Assembly: GCF_000315625.1 (NCBI RefSeq)
Contig: NW_005434547.1
Span: 156,571 to 192,882, forward strand
Length of the DNA stretch: 36,312 bases
From: Guillardia theta CCMP2712
Taxonomy: Eukaryota; Protista; Cryptophyta
Direction: 5' to 3'
Below are positions 31,189 through 36,312 of this stretch, piece by piece; within the stretch, counting starts at the first letter, position 1; each line of letters opens with the position of its first letter. Made by a program: the position numbers and the translations under genes. The notes under the pieces were generated by a model. The model did not search any database, had not been told where the DNA came from, and was given only the letters and a program-made list of their open reading frames with translations.

Positions 31189-32800
31189 ATGTCTGCCAGA
31201 CAACAACCACGCTCCGTTAAGCAAGCAACCAGCGCTCAAGATGCTAGGATCAACAGGATGAGGAACACTGTTGAGCTCCGCAAGCAGAAGACCGATGACA
31301 AGCTCAAGCGTCTTAGGAATGTGGAGGATTCTGGTCTTGGGGACACAATGCTTGGGGAACAAACGTCCATCGACGTTGCCAGACTTCCCGAAATCACGCA
31401 GGCACTCTACGACCCTGATGAGCAGGTCCAGGAGCAGGCGACCAGAGAGTTCCGCAAGCTTTTGTCCATTGAGAGGAACCCTCCCATCCAGCAAGTGATT
31501 GACGCTGGGGTGGTTCCGCGTTTCGTTGAGTTCTTGAGCAACTGGCAGTCTCCTAACCTGCAGTTTGAGGCTGCATGGGCCCTCACCAACATTGCCTCGG
31601 GAACCTCTGAACACACCCATGTGTGCGTGGAGAAGGGAGCCATCCCCATGTTCGTCCAGCTCCTCAACTCTCCCAACGACGATGTGAGGGAACAGGCCGT
31701 GTGGGCTCTTGGAAACATTGCTGGCGACAGCGCGAAGCTGAGAGACATGGTGCTGGGTCAGAATGCCCTCATGCCTCTCTTGAGGCAGCTTGACCCGAAC
31801 TCTACTCGAGTCTCGATGCTCAGGAATGCTACATGGACTCTTTCCAACTTCTGCAGAGGCAAGCCGCAACCTGTGTTCGACCTTGTGAAGCCCGCGCTCC
31901 CAACTCTTGCAAGCCTGATCTACTCCAACGACGAGGAGGTTCTCACCGATGCCTGCTGGGCCCTTTCCTATCTCTCCGACGGCACCAACGAGAAGATCCA
32001 GGCAGTGATCGAGGCTGGAGTATGCAGGAGATTGGTCGAGCTCCTCATGCATCATTCCCCCCAAGTCAAGACGCCAGCCCTCAGGACTGTTGGAAACATT
32101 GTCACAGGAGACGACAACCAGACCCAACTCGTGATCAACTGCTCCGTCCTCCCATGCCTGAAGGCCCTCCTCACCAACGACCGCAAGGGAATCCGCAAGG
32201 AGACCTGCTGGACCATCTCCAACATCACCGCAGGAAGCAAGGAGCAGCTGCAAGCCGTCATCGACCACGACATTATCCCCATTCTCATTCACATGCTTGA
32301 CAACGAGGAGTTCGACATCCGAAAGGAGTGCACCTGGGCCATTTCGAACGCCACCTCAGGAGGAGACGACTACCAGATCCAGTACCTGGTTGAGAAGCAA
32401 GCTATCCCCTCCCTTGTCAACCTCCTGGACAAGCCTGACGTCAGGATCGTCAGCGTTGCCCTCGAGGGCATCGAGAACATTCTTAAATGCGGGCAGAGAA
32501 ACTTGACCCAGGAGGGCACCAACCCCTTTGCCCAGCTTCTTGAGGTTTGCGGTGGTATCGACAAGATCGAGGACCTCCAGAGACACGAGAACCAGAAGAT
32601 CTACGACATGGCAGTGAAGATCCTCGAGAACTACTTCGGGGTTGACGATGACGACGAGGCCATGAGCGGGCAGGTGAGGAGATAATGACGACTGTGTTGA
32701 GTGTGTGTTGATGTTGTTGTTTGTTCAGACTGGCGGGTTCTCCTTCAATCCTCAGGGCGGTGCTCCACAGGGCGGCTTCCAGTTTGGAAACATGCAGTAG
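31189..32800 (+). CDS. KPNA: Importin subunit alpha (karyopherin alpha)
   Basis: IBB-like N-terminus and ARM repeats (FRKLLSIERNPPIQQVI, QFEAAWALTNIASGT, EQAVWALGNIAGDS, WTLSNFCRGKP, ALRTVGNIVTGDD). Exons 31189-32673 and 32729-32800 (TGGFSFNPQGGAPQGGFQFGNMQ*). Confidence 0.97.
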
Positions 32801-33050
32801 TAGGCGACTGACTTGACTGACTTGACTCACCCTGTTCAGAGGATTTCCCATTCACCTCAACCTTCACTTCCTCCACATTCCATCGACCACATCAACACCT
32901 TCACCCACACTCACCACACCTTCTTCACGCTCCATCTTCATCGTCATCATTCCCATCCCATCCCACCTGTCACATTCATTTCACCCCTCCACCTTTTCCT
33001 TTGTAGGAAACCCCTTTGCACATAATAAACTCAAAACAAATAGTCGATGT

Positions 33051-36000
33051 TTATGTCTCAACAAAAGGGCAAAGGATGGACTTCCCTTGTCTGTTCGTCT
33101 TGCAACACGCCTGAAGTATGCAAGATTGAGCGTTCAGCATGTGATCTCTTCTGTTACCTGCCAATGATGGCACCAGGGGCCGTCGACAGATACGTAGGGA
33201 GGGAGTGAACGGTGGTAGAGAATCATGAGCATGAACGCAATCCTTGACATGTTGGAAGTGAAGTGACCGACCAGTGCAACTGTGCGGGAGAGGAGGAGAA
33301 GGTCGAGGAGGGTGAAGTTGAGCATCTGCAGGAGAGGTCAGGTAGAAAAGATGAAGGCAACAAGGTGGGACACAGCGAAGAAGAGATAATGATGGTTAAA
33401 AAAGGTGCCGAGTAGAGGGAAAGGAGAAGAAGGGAGAGGAAGGGGGAGAAGAGAAGAGAAAAGGAGAGGAGAGGAGAAGAAGGGAGAGGAAGGGAGAGGA
33501 GAAGAAGGGACAGGAAGGGAGAAGAGGAGAGGAAGGGAGAGAGAGGAGAGGAGAGCAGAGGAGAGGAGAGGAGAGGAGAGGAGAGGAGAGGAGGAACATA
33601 GGAGTAGAGGAGATTTCCTCTGATGCAAGCAGACATCCGTCAGCGATCGTCTTGCACGTGCGAGGGTGCAGTCGTTTCTCTATGTAGACGCCATCGCTGC
33701 TGTCAAGTTTGCTCCTATTGTACACGTCGAGGAACAAGACGCGAACGCTCTGCGGTTGAAAGTGATTCTTGACTTGTTGTAGCGCATCTGAATCCTGTGT
33801 TAGGATAGAGAGCGGACAAATGATGTTGTGTTTGTGATGACAGGAAGTAGATGACAGCAGGGTGCGCTGTGAGTGTGGGGGAAGTGATGAATCGTGGTGA
33901 AAGAGATCATTGTATATTATGGTGGTTGAGATGATAGTGATGGTGATGGTGATGGTGATGGTGATGGTGATGGTGATGGTGATGTTGGCGGCGGCGGTGA
34001 TAACGATGAAGAAATAAAGAACGGACGTGACAATCATGACAAAGATGATCTTTGCAATGATCTTGCATATCGTGATGTACAGACCTGCATCATCGGTTGC
34101 CAAGAAGATTGTTTGTGATCGGTACAACTGGAGCATGGTCTCTGCCTGCAGCAGAAAGGATGATGAGGACATGACAAGAGAACAAGTAGATACTTCTTGG
34201 ATGTGTCGGGAGATAGGAATGCACTGCAGGAAAAGCAAAGGTCAGAGACGAAGACGAGGCCACGGAGATGCAGGCGGAGTGTTGGAGAAGATGGAGAGAG
34301 CGGTGATGGAGGTGGAGGTGGAGGTGGTGGAGGTAGTGGTGGTGATGATGATGGTGGTGATATGATAAAGTTAGGTCGTTAATTCAAGTTCTCATCATCA
34401 CCTTGTTCCTCCTTATGTTTGTTCGACAGGAATCTCCACGCCTGACATGCAGACCAACAACCAAGTCTTCGTCATGCCAACCCATCTTGCTTCTTTCTGC
34501 TTCAAGTTGCCTCTCCATCTCCTCCTTGCATCGCATTATTCTTGTCAAGGAAGCAGCCATGAGCAACGAGAGTTGGTCACAAACCGACACATCTTCTCGT
34601 AGACGAAACAAGAAAGAAAAAAGGATCGTACGCCACAGCAAGACACTCCTACAGGACTACGTCAGCTTTGATGGCACAACACTCAAAATCCAAGACACAA
34701 GAACGAAAACAGTCATCATCTCTTTCAAGTTTCAGCGCGTTATGGTGTTGCGGTCTGTACCTGTTCTGATAGACAGGCGGCAACCAATCATAATGCTCAA
34801 CGACGGTGTGTGGCATGTTGAACAATCTTGCCTGCTCCCGCGGTACTCCAGTCTCCTCGTCCCCCTCCCCCTCCTCCTCCCCCTCTTCCTCCTTTCTTCT
34901 CCGGTGCCGTTCCATCCACTTTGAGCAGCTCGTCCAAGGTTTGAACACGCAGTCGAACCCTCGACCCGGGCAAGACGTTGGAGAGTAGACCCACTCCTGT
35001 TGCCAGATGTTATTCTTGTTACCATCTCTACCAGCAGGTGAAAATCTTGAAGAACACCAACCCCCACCCCCTCCCCAACCTCGCCTCTTTTCCTACTGCT
35101 CTATCGCTCGCCTTCGTTCCTCCCACCTCACCTGCCCTCCTTCTCCCGCATTGAGCGTCATAGTTCGATTCATCGATATCGACAGGCTGTCAGACATGTC
35201 ACTTGCGGAACGACAAACTTGCCCTGTGGCCTAACAACCTCAACAGCCCTGAAATGAACGACAGAGTTCCTCCCAACCCAACGTTGTGAAAAGTGTACAA
35301 GATCGTCTTGTTTGCTTCCTCGCAGCGGTCCACCTGCTGCGTCCTGCCAATCATCAACTGCCACCCAACATCAACTTTGACATCTCCTGACTTGTTGTCA
35401 TACCATCGTCTCTGCAAACATGTTTTCATCCCAGAACGATCTCCCGTCATCCTGGAAGCCATGAGCACGTCACTCGACACCTTGCTGACGTCACTGCAGG
35501 AGCAGAGCTCAAGATCTCACGAGCTCAGCAGGAAGGAATCTGTTGTCAGTGCGCAGAAACGTGTCGCACTGCCTGCCAACCCAGTCTGCTTCACAGGTGC
35601 ATGCTACCCTGCCATTGCGCTCCTCGCATCGACCATGCCGGCAGTGGGAGGAACAATTCCATCGTGTGCGTGCGAACACCTGGAAGTGAGATGAGAGGAG
35701 AGGAGACGAACGAGTAGAGATTGTAGGGTAGGGAAACAACCTTGAGCTCGAGCACCTTCAACCTTGTCTTGCTCGCCGTCTGTCCTTCTCTGCAAGCTTG
35801 TTGGTGTGAAGGATCATCCAAACATGACTCGGCCGATAACGCAGTGACACGAACAAATCGAGCGCTCCTGACATGATCAAGATTGAACGTGTAGAACTCA
35901 GCAACATCAAAGGCTGCAACGAAACAATCATGTAAATCACATCTTGCTGTACATAATCGACAATCCACCTCTAGTTTCTTCGAGCAAAATGCCATCATTG

Positions 36001-36312
36001 TTGAAAAGTTGCAGCATGAACGGTGCGAGAGGAGTGTCTATGGAAAGAAGATTCTTTCAGTATGTGTGAAAAGACGATAATGGTTAATATCTACCGAGAA
36101 ACGTCTGAGGGTATTCATTCCACTGTCCTGCTCAAACATTGAAACGGGAAAAAACATCGCTACCAATGACAGCGAGAACAAAGAAAGTTGTAGTTGGACT
36201 TTGAGCAGGCATAAGAGTGAGATTGACGAGGACGAAGAGAAAGGGCAAGGGGAGGGGAGATCGAGAGACGTGGACCAGATTATTGTAGAGAGAGAGAGAG
36301 AGAGAGAGAGAG
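33051..36312 (-). CDS. GT23 (FUT8/NodZ-like) alpha-1,6-fucosyltransferase-like protein with EGF-like domain; 5' part probably beyond the window
   Basis: Motifs VVGLHVRRGDSC, TIFLATDDA, LLDLLLLSRTVALVGHFTSNMSRIAF, PPYVSVDGPWC. EGF-like CSSHCRHGRC..CTCEADWVGRQC. Last exon ACCKTNRQGKSILCPFVET*. Confidence 0.85.
33938..33983. repeat. (GATGGT)n intronic microsatellite
   Basis: Directly visible. Confidence 0.9.

Noticed and set aside
31114-32292. 392-aa antisense ORF
   Set aside because: Shadow of importin-alpha caused by GC3-rich codon bias; no independent features.

Overview
Gene-dense eukaryotic nuclear DNA, most likely from a cryptophyte alga (Guillardia/Hanusia-like). This is inferred from the many ~40-60 nt GT-AG introns, the microsatellite-filled long introns and the 'YGVS..T.RDIW.RRTW' HTH family. 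Hand-splicing gave about 14 genes: a CLC Cl-/H+ exchanger (runs off the left end, with an apparent -1 frameshift), an F-box/At4g00755-like protein with a MYND finger, two small proteins, a CaaX-tailed EF-hand protein, an Aha1-N protein, two uncharacterised genes, two intronless HTH genes forming a ~1 kb inverted duplication, a tandem-PDZ + E/K-helix protein, a DNAAF1/ODA7-like LRR protein fused to a cNMP-binding domain, importin-alpha, and a GT23 fucosyltransferase-like gene (runs off the right end). The main unexplained structure is three non-coding GC-rich islands (~11.1-11.6, 15.9-16.9 and 28.7-30.0 kb). They are built from short palindromic words, sit between divergent genes, share words, and islands 1 and 3 share a right-hand border followed by GGGGT-rich flanks. 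All gene models are manual; no searches were run.
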